This document shows positions 8,393 to 16,120 of a DNA stretch of 16,120 bases, one piece after another. The notes below the pieces were generated by a model. That model was not told the DNA's origin and made no database searches. It saw only the letters and a program-made list of their open reading frames with translations. Numbering within the stretch: the stretch's first letter is position 1; every line of letters starts with the position of its first letter. The stretch is from Candidatus Heimdallarchaeota archaeon (GTDB lineage: Archaea; Asgardarchaeota; Heimdallarchaeia; Heimdallarchaeales; Heimdallarchaeaceae), in NCBI GenBank assembly GCA_018238545.1, contig JABCTC010000063.1, positions 1 through 16,120 of the forward strand. The letters are read 5' to 3'. A program made the translations under genes and the position numbers.

Positions 8393-8893
8393 ATGAATCT
8401 TAAGGACAGCTTTGACATTGAAGCTCTTAATCATCCTGTAACGTTGAAGCTCTTTCTCTATGCTAAAACTATCCATCCCGAGGATTTTGGTGTTCGTGAA
8501 GCTAAACGTAAGTTAGATTTTAATAGTCCTAGTACTGTTCTATGGCATCTAGATAAATTAGTCGAGGCTAATTTAATTGAAAAACTTCCTACTAACAGAT
8601 ACAAACTACTTCAATCTGGACTTGAGATTAAGGAAATCAATGTTCCAGTGAAATATACCGCACAAATAATTAGAGGAGAACTCATTCCACGAAGGATTTT
8701 TCTAATCTCTTTTGTAATTTCTGCGTTTTTAATAACACTTGTTTTTACTTTCCTCAACCCTCTCGTCGCATCAATTCTAGGTTCTGTCTTGCTTGGAATA
8801 AATGCTGTTTTATATATTCTTAACTACTTAACAATTAAGCGACAACTCTCATATTATAGTTGGGGGAAGGAAAAAGAGGATAGTAATGAGTGA
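8393..8893 (+). CDS. Membrane-tethered winged-HTH (ArsR-like) transcription regulator
   Basis: HTH GVREAKRKLDFNSPSTVLWHLDKLVEANLIEK with wing NRYKL, then two hydrophobic helices (IFLISFVISAFLITLVFTFL and LVASILGSVLLGINAVLYIL). Confidence 0.8.
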   Translation: MNLKDSFDIEALNHPVTLKLFLYAKTIHPEDFGVREAKRKLDFNSPSTVLWHLDKLVEANLIEKLPTNRYKLLQSGLEIKEINVPVKYTAQIIRGELIPRRIFLISFVISAFLITLVFTFLNPLVASILGSVLLGINAVLYILNYLTIKRQLSYYSWGKEKEDSNE

Positions 8894-8907
8894 TTATTTC
8901 TAGTTTT

Positions 8908-8986
8908 TTCTTGTTCGAGTACATGTACAAGAAGTTTAAAACAGCTGTTTAAACAGGTCTAGGCTGTTCAAGTTCTAGATATATAA
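8908..8986 (+). promoter_or_regulatory. Palindrome cluster and TATA-like box upstream of the DUF3160 gene
   Basis: Perfect palindromes GTACATGTAC (8919-8928), AAACAGCTGTTT (8939-8950) and CTGTTTAAACAG (8945-8956). TATATAA lies at 8980-8986. Confidence 0.45.
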
Positions 8987-9006
8987 GGGACTAATCACAT
9001 GGTAGA

Positions 9007-11268
9007 ATGATTGTAATGATTCTCACTAATCCAAAAAAGCCCGTATTAACAGGAATTATTTTTACTTTGATAATTAGCACACTGGTTGTTGGTGGAGTTT
9101 ATCTTTATCCTTATCTTTACAGAGTTATTAATAACATAGATCTTGTTGAAGAAGTTCAGCTTCCTGAAAGTATCAAGAACTCATTTGGTACTTATGAGTT
9201 ACCTGAGTTAACTTATACACCCTCGATAATTCCAACACCTATTCAATCTGGTCTAGCAAATGTAAATCTTCAAGGATTAGAAGATCAGCTTAATTCTGAG
9301 ATAATTCAACAATTAGAAACCTATGGGTTTGCTCTGATTGATGATGGAACTGAAGATATCTTCTATCCTGTTGACTATGACTTCAATTTAGATACACCTA
9401 TGTATATCTCAACTGATCTCTGTCTCCATGTTTTGCATTCAATTTTTGATAACTGCCTTAGAATCATTGAATTAGAGTATTTTTATGGTGATTTTAGTTC
9501 AATGATTGATACTCTTCGGGAAGGCCAGATGAACCTGCATACCGTCACAGTTGAACCAGATCTTAAAGAAGCTTTACAGTACAACATAGCTTATCTTACT
9601 GTGTTGATGCAGTTGCTAGATAACACAACAGCCATCCCCTCATATGTTAATACTCTTGTTTCAGCTGAGTTAGAGAATATTGAACAAGGTGTGGAAGGTT
9701 ATTCAGCGATTTTTGGGTACTTTGAAGATTTTTCTCAGTACAAACCAAGAGGGCATTACACCAAAAGTGATGCATTAAAACGGTATTTCAAAACAATGAT
9801 GTATGCAGGACGAATGGGGTTTGTATTAGATGATCAATCTCCCAGCAATTCGATTGGTGTTGAACAAACAAGAATGGCTCTGGCTCTTGTTTACTCATTT
9901 AATGAAGAAATTGAAGATAAGACTGTTTGGGACTACTGGGATAAAATTTGTCTCACTACTGATTTTCTTGTAGGAGGAAGTGATGATTTAACTCCTGTAG
10001 ACTACTTTTCTGTTTGGGAAGAAGAAGGTGTCTTAACATTCTCGGATCTATCAACTGATGATTTCATTAATGGTATGATTACAGCACTCAAAGAGCTTAG
10101 AGCTCCTAAAATTAACTCAGGATATGTGGAAGTGTTTGAAGGCGAAGAAAGTTTGACTAAGGCTTTCAAGTTGTTTGGTCAAAGCTATACTCCAGATGCG
10201 TACATATTCCAAGAACTTGTAGATGATAATATACCTGCTAGGTATTTCCCTAAACCTTTAGATATTTTTTCTGTTTTTGGAAGTGAACGAGCAGAATATC
10301 ATCTTGATTCAGAGAAAATTTATACGGGGTACGATGAGAAAATAAATGTATTAAGAGAAGAATTTGGCATTCTAACCGTTGCAAATTGGACACAGAATAT
10401 CTACTGGCAATGGCTTTATTCTATACTACCTTTGCTTGATGAGAAGGGGGATGGTTATCCAGGATATATGTTATCAGATGCATGGACAGATAAATCTTTG
10501 ATGACAGCTCTGGCTAGTTGGGTAGAATTAAAACATGACACGGTTCTCTATGCAAAACAATCCTATGCAGTCAACGGTATGAGTGATAAAATAATCCATT
10601 ATGTTGAACCTTACCCAAAAGTATATTCACGTATTTCCGCAACTCTAAGTATGTTAAAAGAAGGGTTAGATTCAAGAGGTGTGCTATACGAAAATCAATC
10701 TTGTCTACCCTATGATTATTATCAAAAATTAGGTAATTTCACTGTGAAATTTAATGAGTTAGTAGAGATTTTTGACAAATTGACTGTATTAAGTATAAAA
10801 GAGTTGGAAAATGAAGAACTAACTGATGACGATTTAAGTTTCCTACATTATGTAGGTAAAGATTTTCAAATACTAGCACTAACTGACTATGGAATAACAG
10901 ATTATTCAAATTTAGAATCAGATAAACGAACAGCACTCGTTGTAGATGTTTTCACAGACCCTAACTCTCATCAAGTTTTGGAAGTTGCTGTAGGAAATCC
11001 ATTTCTGATATATGTTATAGTTCAAGATCACACAGGTGGTTTATATTTAACCAGAGGAGTAACTTTCTCTTACTATGAGTTTAAGCAGCCTTATGACCAA
11101 CGATTAACAGATGAAGAATGGCAAGAGATGTTAGATAGTTCCCCACCAGAGTTACCTGAATGGATAGCAACGAATTTACATATCATCGAGGTTGAAGTTG
11201 CCATAATGCTTAAAGTTCAGACTTTTTCGAATGTAGTAAACAAAGGAAAAACAAAGAAAAAAATATAG
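9007..11268 (+). CDS. DUF3160-family protein with an N-terminal membrane anchor
   Basis: Family-typical motifs EDFSQYKPRGHYT, YFKTMMYAGR, LASWVELKHDTVLYAKQSY, YVEPYP, VDVFTDPN, FSYYEF and RLTDEEWQ, with one N-terminal TM helix. The start could be 9016. Confidence 0.85.
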   Translation: MIVMILTNPKKPVLTGIIFTLIISTLVVGGVYLYPYLYRVINNIDLVEEVQLPESIKNSFGTYELPELTYTPSIIPTPIQSGLANVNLQGLEDQLNSEIIQQLETYGFALIDDGTEDIFYPVDYDFNLDTPMYISTDLCLHVLHSIFDNCLRIIELEYFYGDFSSMIDTLREGQMNLHTVTVEPDLKEALQYNIAYLTVLMQLLDNTTAIPSYVNTLVSAELENIEQGVEGYSAIFGYFEDFSQYKPRGHYTKSDALKRYFKTMMYAGRMGFVLDDQSPSNSIGVEQTRMALALVYSFNEEIEDKTVWDYWDKICLTTDFLVGGSDDLTPVDYFSVWEEEGVLTFSDLSTDDFINGMITALKELRAPKINSGYVEVFEGEESLTKAFKLFGQSYTPDAYIFQELVDDNIPARYFPKPLDIFSVFGSERAEYHLDSEKIYTGYDEKINVLREEFGILTVANWTQNIYWQWLYSILPLLDEKGDGYPGYMLSDAWTDKSLMTALASWVELKHDTVLYAKQSYAVNGMSDKIIHYVEPYPKVYSRISATLSMLKEGLDSRGVLYENQSCLPYDYYQKLGNFTVKFNELVEIFDKLTVLSIKELENEELTDDDLSFLHYVGKDFQILALTDYGITDYSNLESDKRTALVVDVFTDPNSHQVLEVAVGNPFLIYVIVQDHTGGLYLTRGVTFSYYEFKQPYDQRLTDEEWQEMLDSSPPELPEWIATNLHIIEVEVAIMLKVQTFSNVVNKGKTKKKI

Positions 11269-11339
11269 ATTCCTTTTTTTGCTTTAAAAAGAGAAATTGA
11301 AATGGTAATATTGATATAAAACTGTTCTAATTCTTTATC

Positions 11340-12284
11340 ATGGTGGTAGATAACAATCAGATAGAGATGAAAGGTGTCAATCTTTTCCAATGGAGATCGT
11401 TTAAGAAAAGTTGGTTGAAACTGCTTATTTCTAATGATCCTGAAGCTGCTAACTATTCTTCATTCATGCGTTTCTTCATGTTCTTGTATATTAGAATAAT
11501 AGCTAAGAATTATTTCTGCTATCATAATAGTATACTAGCTGGTTTACTCTCTCTAAGAACTAAAAAGGGATCTGATGCTTTCATCTTTGGAGTAGCTGTT
11601 TTACCAAAATTCAGGAAAAAGGGTCTGGGAAAATATATGATGGATTTTTCCGAGAAAAGAGCTAAAGAAGCAAAGAAGAAATTCATGGCTTTGGCTGTTT
11701 TGAATTCAAACGAACCAGCAGTGAATCTGTATAAGAAATTAGGCTACAAATTTGTAGGTCTAGGAGTAACTCCTATCTCCATTTCTATTGATAAGATAAC
11801 CAAGTCTAAGAGTAACTCTATCAAACTTGAGACTATATTAGTATATACTGACGAATACAAAGATCTTTTTTCAAATATATTTTTTAATCAGATAAATGCT
11901 GTTTCTCAAACCGATGGAGAGGAATATGTACGAGAAAATAGTATAGACAATTATAATAAACACATATCGAAGAATATTTCAAAATCTAAATATCAATTTT
12001 TTCAAGTATTGAATAATGATGAGGAAATTGGTTTTCTCTTTTGTCAAAATAAAAGAACAACAAAGAGTTGTCGGATAGATTTACATTCTAAAACAATTCT
12101 TACTATCGAACTATTATCTTACCTTGCAGAGATATTAAAGGATATGATAGAAGATAAAGAAAACTTCGAAAAACTTGAATTCAGAGTATACAGACATCAA
12201 GCTGATAAATTGATTGATTTACATGCTTCTGATTTTGTAAGAGACTCAACTCTAGATAAAAGCTTGATGATTAAAAAGATCTAA
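11340..12284 (+). CDS. GNAT-family N-acetyltransferase with a C-terminal extension
   Basis: Acetyl-CoA motif A VAVLPKFRKKGLGKYMM and motif B NEPAVNLYKKLGY. The exact start is uncertain. Confidence 0.85.
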   Translation: MVVDNNQIEMKGVNLFQWRSFKKSWLKLLISNDPEAANYSSFMRFFMFLYIRIIAKNYFCYHNSILAGLLSLRTKKGSDAFIFGVAVLPKFRKKGLGKYMMDFSEKRAKEAKKKFMALAVLNSNEPAVNLYKKLGYKFVGLGVTPISISIDKITKSKSNSIKLETILVYTDEYKDLFSNIFFNQINAVSQTDGEEYVRENSIDNYNKHISKNISKSKYQFFQVLNNDEEIGFLFCQNKRTTKSCRIDLHSKTILTIELLSYLAEILKDMIEDKENFEKLEFRVYRHQADKLIDLHASDFVRDSTLDKSLMIKKI

Positions 12285-12346
12285 ATTCTAATGTCAATAT
12301 TTATATGGAAGAGTAACCCATCCACAATAACGGAAAGTGGATATAA

Positions 12347-13435
12347 TTGTCAAACGAAAGAAGAGCGCGGCTTGATACTACATGGAATGCTTGGAAGGTA
12401 TTTCTAAGCAATCTAGCGCAAAGTTACATAGACTTTTTTCGTTGGCTAAAGCATCTTATCCTTCCTATACCAGATACTTTTGAACAAGAAAAAGCATACA
12501 AAAAAGTTCTGAGTCCTTATGGTAATTTCCTTAGGTGGTTTTATCGATTATTATTTCCTCAAAGAGGAACATCAACTGTACTGAAAGTGATGTTTAACAT
12601 AGAAACATTGAGTGCATATTTCCACAATCTTCGTCCTTCTCTAATAGACAGGAGTTTAATAGAGAGCGCTAAACCTTTTCATCTAGAAGGAAGCACAGAG
12701 TATGGTATTCTATTGGTTCATGGATATTGTTCTAATCCTGCAGAAATGAGAGAGTTAGGAGAGGTATTAAACAACGAGGGTTACACTGTTGAAGCTGTCT
12801 TACTAAAAGGTCATGGAACAACAGTAAGGGATCTTACTACAACCGATTTCATTGATTGGTATGAGTCAGTCCTACAAGGATATGATAAATTATCTAAAAC
12901 ATGCACCAACATCTCCATTCTAGGACATTCAATGGGAGGAACGTTATCTTTACTTCTTGCTGCGAATAGGAATGTGGATGCAATTATCAGTCTTTGTGCC
13001 CCTCTGGATTTAGGGAAACTTTACCATGGTTTACCTATCCCTATACTTCCAGCATTTTCCAAGTTCGTAAGCAAATGGCCAAAGAAAAAGAGTCACATGA
13101 AATTGCACGATGAAGCAGGAGTAAAATCATATCGAGAGTCAAGTTTGTCTGGTGTTGTTGAGATGTTCGATTTGATGGAAGTTACAAGAGAAGATTTGAA
13201 GAAAATTGAAGCTCCACTGCTCATTGTAGGAGCGAAATATGATTATAATGTACCTCTCTCAAATATTAGCTTGCTGGAACAAGTTGTAAAAAGTAAAAAA
13301 GTTGAGACTTTTACTGCTACAAAATCTGGGCATACAGTTCTTTTTGATAAAGATAAAGAGGAAATATTCCAAAAGGTTGTAGCATTTTTAGAATCGTTAA
13401 AACAGGATAAAGAAAAAGAAAAAACTGATGATTAA
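12347..13435 (+). CDS. Alpha/beta-fold carboxylesterase / monoacylglycerol-lipase-like hydrolase with a ~100 aa N-terminal extension
   Basis: LLVHGY oxyanion segment, LKGHG, nucleophile elbow GHSMGG, Asp in KYDYNV and His in SGHTV. TTG start. Confidence 0.9.
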   Translation: MSNERRARLDTTWNAWKVFLSNLAQSYIDFFRWLKHLILPIPDTFEQEKAYKKVLSPYGNFLRWFYRLLFPQRGTSTVLKVMFNIETLSAYFHNLRPSLIDRSLIESAKPFHLEGSTEYGILLVHGYCSNPAEMRELGEVLNNEGYTVEAVLLKGHGTTVRDLTTTDFIDWYESVLQGYDKLSKTCTNISILGHSMGGTLSLLLAANRNVDAIISLCAPLDLGKLYHGLPIPILPAFSKFVSKWPKKKSHMKLHDEAGVKSYRESSLSGVVEMFDLMEVTREDLKKIEAPLLIVGAKYDYNVPLSNISLLEQVVKSKKVETFTATKSGHTVLFDKDKEEIFQKVVAFLESLKQDKEKEKTDD

Positions 13436-13460
13436 ATCTTCCGCCTTATTCCGCATTAAC

Positions 13461-14774
13461 ACTTAGGTTCAGAGAGAGTTTTTAGGTTTAAATAATGTAA
13501 TAAGGAGGGTAGTAGTGATGCTCATTAGACGGACTGAACGGATAAAAGTGAAACCTAGTTTCACGCTTATGCAGTTAGCAAGACAGAGCAAAAATTTGTA
13601 TAATTATGGCAATTATATCATTAAAAGACAACTGAAAAATAGTAAGTATATGACCTCAGAGTATGAATTAGTGAGCATGATCCGTTATCATCCTTGCTAT
13701 GCTGACTTTATCCCCCACTCAGCACAACAGACGATAAAATTTTTGGTAAAGAACTGGAAAGCGTATTTCAGAGCGAGAAAAGAGTATAAGAAGCACCCGC
13801 AAAAATTCCTCTCTCCACCCCATGCACCCAAATATAAGAAAAAACGAGGGTTCCACACCATCTACTTTACCGCTAACCAAGTAAAAGTGAAAGAAGAAGG
13901 ATGGCTGCATTTTCCCAAAAAAGTCGGGCTGAAAGTGAAAACAAGGCTGGAGAAAGGGAGGAAGATCAATCACGTCCGATTACTCCCTAAAGGAACATGT
14001 TTTATCTTAGAGATAATATATGAGCGAGAAATAAAACAAGAGCCATCGAAACACTCCCTCCAGGTCAAGAATATCTTAGCTATAGATTTGGGGGTGAATA
14101 ACCTCTTGACCTGTGTGAGTAACTGCCTTTCCCCTTTCCTCATCTGCGGGAGGAAACTGAAGGCTATCAACCAATGGTATAACAAAGAACGTGCCCGTCT
14201 CCAATCTATCTACGATTTACAAAGATTAGAAGGTTACGGGCAGAGGATGAAGAAAGTGATAGACAAACGCTATCAACAGGTGGAAGACTATCTTCATAAG
14301 GCGTCAAGGGTCGTCATCGACCAATGTTTGAAACATCACATAGGTACCATCGTTGTCGGTTATAACAAGAAATGGAAACAGAAGAGCAAGATGGGCAAGA
14401 GAAACAATCAGATTTTCGTTTCTATTCCTTTCTTGACCTTGGTACGCAAACTTCAATATAAAGCTGAAGAGGTAGGGATAAAAATCATCTTGACGGAAGA
14501 AGATTATACATCTAAATGTTCATTTCTAGATAACGAGGTAATCAAAAAACATCTCAATTATCTGGGAAGAAGGTTGAAAAGAGGTTTATTCAGAAGCAAA
14601 ACCGGTATCCTGCTTAACGCTGATTGCAACTCAGCAGGCAATATCGGTAGAAAAGTATTCCCGCTGGTCTTCACCTCCGGGACAGTGGATGCCGTGAGTC
14701 ATCCTAATTGTTGGACTGTTTAGAGTAATCGAAGCAGAGATGATAACAGTTAAAGACCTTTAATGTTCGTTAAC
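13461..14774 (+). mobile_element. tnpB-only (IS1341-like, non-autonomous) IS200/IS605-superfamily element with tentative ends
   Basis: tnpB sits between convergent genes with no tnpA in the 79-bp and 66-bp flanks. The DNA looks more GC-rich than its neighbours (not quantified). TTAAC occurs at 13456-13460 and 14770-14774, with subterminal hairpins at the right end. Confidence 0.6.
13518..14723 (+). CDS. tnpB: RNA-guided endonuclease TnpB with a rearranged RuvC-II
   Basis: SKNLYN, SAQQ and PKYK motifs, RuvC-I AIDLGVNN (D191), IVVGYN (G282 at the canonical Glu), TEEDYTSK (E329) and RuvC-III NADCNSAGNI (D370), numbered from GTG 13515. AAGGAGGG at 13502-13509 favours ATG 13518. Confidence 0.95.
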   Translation: MLIRRTERIKVKPSFTLMQLARQSKNLYNYGNYIIKRQLKNSKYMTSEYELVSMIRYHPCYADFIPHSAQQTIKFLVKNWKAYFRARKEYKKHPQKFLSPPHAPKYKKKRGFHTIYFTANQVKVKEEGWLHFPKKVGLKVKTRLEKGRKINHVRLLPKGTCFILEIIYEREIKQEPSKHSLQVKNILAIDLGVNNLLTCVSNCLSPFLICGRKLKAINQWYNKERARLQSIYDLQRLEGYGQRMKKVIDKRYQQVEDYLHKASRVVIDQCLKHHIGTIVVGYNKKWKQKSKMGKRNNQIFVSIPFLTLVRKLQYKAEEVGIKIILTEEDYTSKCSFLDNEVIKKHLNYLGRRLKRGLFRSKTGILLNADCNSAGNIGRKVFPLVFTSGTVDAVSHPNCWTV

Positions 14775-14795
14775 GTTCGGAAAGGTCACTCATGG
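14640..14795 (+). ncRNA. Putative omega-RNA (reRNA) overlapping the tnpB 3' end, with guide from the flanking sequence
   Basis: The position follows known TnpB biology. Visible stems are ACAGT-GGATG (14682-14691) pairing with CATCC (14700-14704) and ACTGT (14715-14719), and AACAGTTAAA-GACC-TTTAATGTT (14745-14767). The 5' boundary is a guess. Confidence 0.5.
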
Positions 14796-15578
14796 ATCCC
14801 AATCAAATCTTTTCTGAATAATAACTTCTTCGAAGCCTATTTTTGAATATAATTTCTCTGCTCCACTATTTTTCTGAACTTGCAAACAAAATTTAGCATT
14901 CGAATCTTCTTTAATAGTATCAAGAATATAATTTGACATCAAAGTTAGAGCATATCCTCGACGCCTATATCGATATCTTGTACCTACACCATATAATCCT
15001 CTATAGGTTCCATCGTTGAAAGAACAAAAGCAAGTAGTATCGCTTCCAGATACATAACCAACATAAAATTCTATCCCATTTTCACTTTGAGCTTTTGCCA
15101 TTCGAGTAATATATTTACGCAAATTTTTAGGATAATTGAATCCATCAAAGAAAACATCTACCCATTTTTTCACAGTTCTCGTAGAAAGTAATTCATATTC
15201 AACATGCGGAGAAGGATTGAGTTTTTCTCTATCCTCTTTTTTCCAATGCATTACTCCTGTATCAATGTGATGCCCTATCAACTGCTTCTGTCTGAGTATC
15301 TTTGAATTTTGTTTATAGTATTCATCTAAAGCATGCTTGATAATGAAATACTCTTTTCCATCAGAGAAGAATGAATAAGTAAAATCTAAGAAATCCTCAA
15401 ACTTTTCTTCTCCAAGAGGTTTTGGTGTAACATAACTATATGTCTCAATGGTTTTGTTCTTGATAAAATATCCCAAGTCGTTTTCTACTACTTCTGAATC
15501 TGGCATAAATTTATAGAAACCATACTCGTTTGAATCTAGTAAATTTTGTAATTCGAAGTCATGATTATTTTGAGACAT
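14790..15578 (-). CDS. GNAT-family N-acetyltransferase (C-terminal GNAT domain)
   Basis: LYGVGTRYRYRRRGYALTLM (motif A) and GAEKLYSKIGF (motif B). ATG 15578 is preferred over TTG 15584. Confidence 0.85.
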   Translation of the reverse strand: MSQNNHDFELQNLLDSNEYGFYKFMPDSEVVENDLGYFIKNKTIETYSYVTPKPLGEEKFEDFLDFTYSFFSDGKEYFIIKHALDEYYKQNSKILRQKQLIGHHIDTGVMHWKKEDREKLNPSPHVEYELLSTRTVKKWVDVFFDGFNYPKNLRKYITRMAKAQSENGIEFYVGYVSGSDTTCFCSFNDGTYRGLYGVGTRYRYRRRGYALTLMSNYILDTIKEDSNAKFCLQVQKNSGAEKLYSKIGFEEVIIQKRFDWDP

Positions 15579-15691
15579 GTTCAAGTAATTTGATAAACAG
15601 ATAAATTAAAATTTTCCTCTCGCATACCAAACATTTTCTCACTTGAGCAAAAAACATTTAAATATACATATTTTCTGCAATTTGAAATAGC

Positions 15692-15979
15692 ATGAGCACT
15701 AAAGAAAAAATCGTATCTAACAAGGACTTCATAAAACAGATAATCAGAGGAGTAAGTGGTGCTCTGATTTTAATAATACTCGTAATAATATGGTCAACTT
15801 GGGAAGGAATCTATAACTGGTTCTACTACAGTCTATTTCCAAATGCAATCCCTGGGACTCTATTAGTATTCTGGTTGTTTCTGCTCTTCCCCCTGATAGC
15901 TTGTGGTACATCTTTAACATTAGCAGGTGCTTGGAAAGCATACAGAATAGCAGTACCACCAAAAGAAGATAAGAAGTAA
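15692..15979 (+). CDS. Hypothetical small membrane protein (2 TM helices)
   Basis: ATG start, TTTAAATATA about 25-34 nt upstream, two hydrophobic segments and a T-rich tract after the stop. Confidence 0.75.
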   Translation: MSTKEKIVSNKDFIKQIIRGVSGALILIILVIIWSTWEGIYNWFYYSLFPNAIPGTLLVFWLFLLFPLIACGTSLTLAGAWKAYRIAVPPKEDKK

Positions 15980-16017
15980 CTTTCTTTTTTATTTTCATTA
16001 TTCAAAAAAGCTTATAG

Positions 16018-16089
16018 TCAATTTATGATGCTTATTTGTCTTCTTGTCTTATTAGACAAAGCTAGGTAAATGTCGTGCTTAGAGGTCAT
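16018..16089 (-). pseudogene. Possible truncated ArsR-like HTH gene fragment
   Basis: Manual translation MTSKHDIYLALSNKTRRQISIIN* resembles the ArsR N-terminal 'difkALs..tRr.I' helix and stops after 23 codons. The frame is open to the window edge, so it may instead be the end of a longer ORF. Confidence 0.35.
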
Positions 16090-16120
16090 GATATAGGGCG
16101 AAGACACTCTATAATCACTC

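Noticed and set aside
10751-10936. Antisense 61 aa ORF
   Set aside because: It lies within the DUF3160 gene and has no independent support.
13719-14185. Two antisense ORFs inside tnpB considered as a possible tnpA
   Set aside because: They have no HUH/Y1 or serine-recombinase motifs and are shadows of tnpB.
14358-14360. TnpB as a nuclease-dead TldR-like regulator because RuvC-II Glu is Gly
   Set aside because: The compensating Glu in EEDYTSK and both catalytic Asp residues are present, which fits a rearranged active site.
13436-14790. CRISPR array or Cas12 interpretation of the TnpB locus
   Set aside because: No regularly spaced repeats flank the gene. Only short imperfect tandem 10-mers occur (TTCCGCCTTA/TTCCGCATTA).
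15744-15998. Antisense 84 aa ORF
   Set aside because: It lies opposite the better-supported membrane protein gene, which has a TATA box and terminator.

Overview
AT-rich archaeal-type DNA with TATA-like boxes about 25 nt before starts, oligo-T terminators and occasional GGTGA/GAGG ribosome-binding sites. The gene repertoire suggests an Asgard (Heimdallarchaeia-like) genome, which is an inference and not a search result. The window is an accessory region. In order it holds a decayed GNAT remnant, a secreted Ig-like + caspase-family protease, and two ~88%-identical copies of a membrane/zinc-ribbon gene bracketing a 3.8 kb block (beta-helix/Ca-repeat surface protein, 4-oxalocrotonate tautomerase homologue, MBL-fold hydrolase). 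These are followed by a phosphotriesterase-family enzyme, a co-oriented trio (short permuted family-5 solute-binding-like protein, membrane-tethered winged-HTH protein, DUF3160 protein), a GNAT, a carboxylesterase, a tnpA-less TnpB element with a rearranged RuvC active site, a second GNAT and a small membrane protein. The most interesting items are the permuted single-lobe SBP with the wHTH-TM and DUF3160 genes, the rearranged-RuvC TnpB with candidate ends and omega-RNA, the promoter-to-stop gene duplication, and the exported caspase homologue. All calls come from motif reading and no databases were searched.
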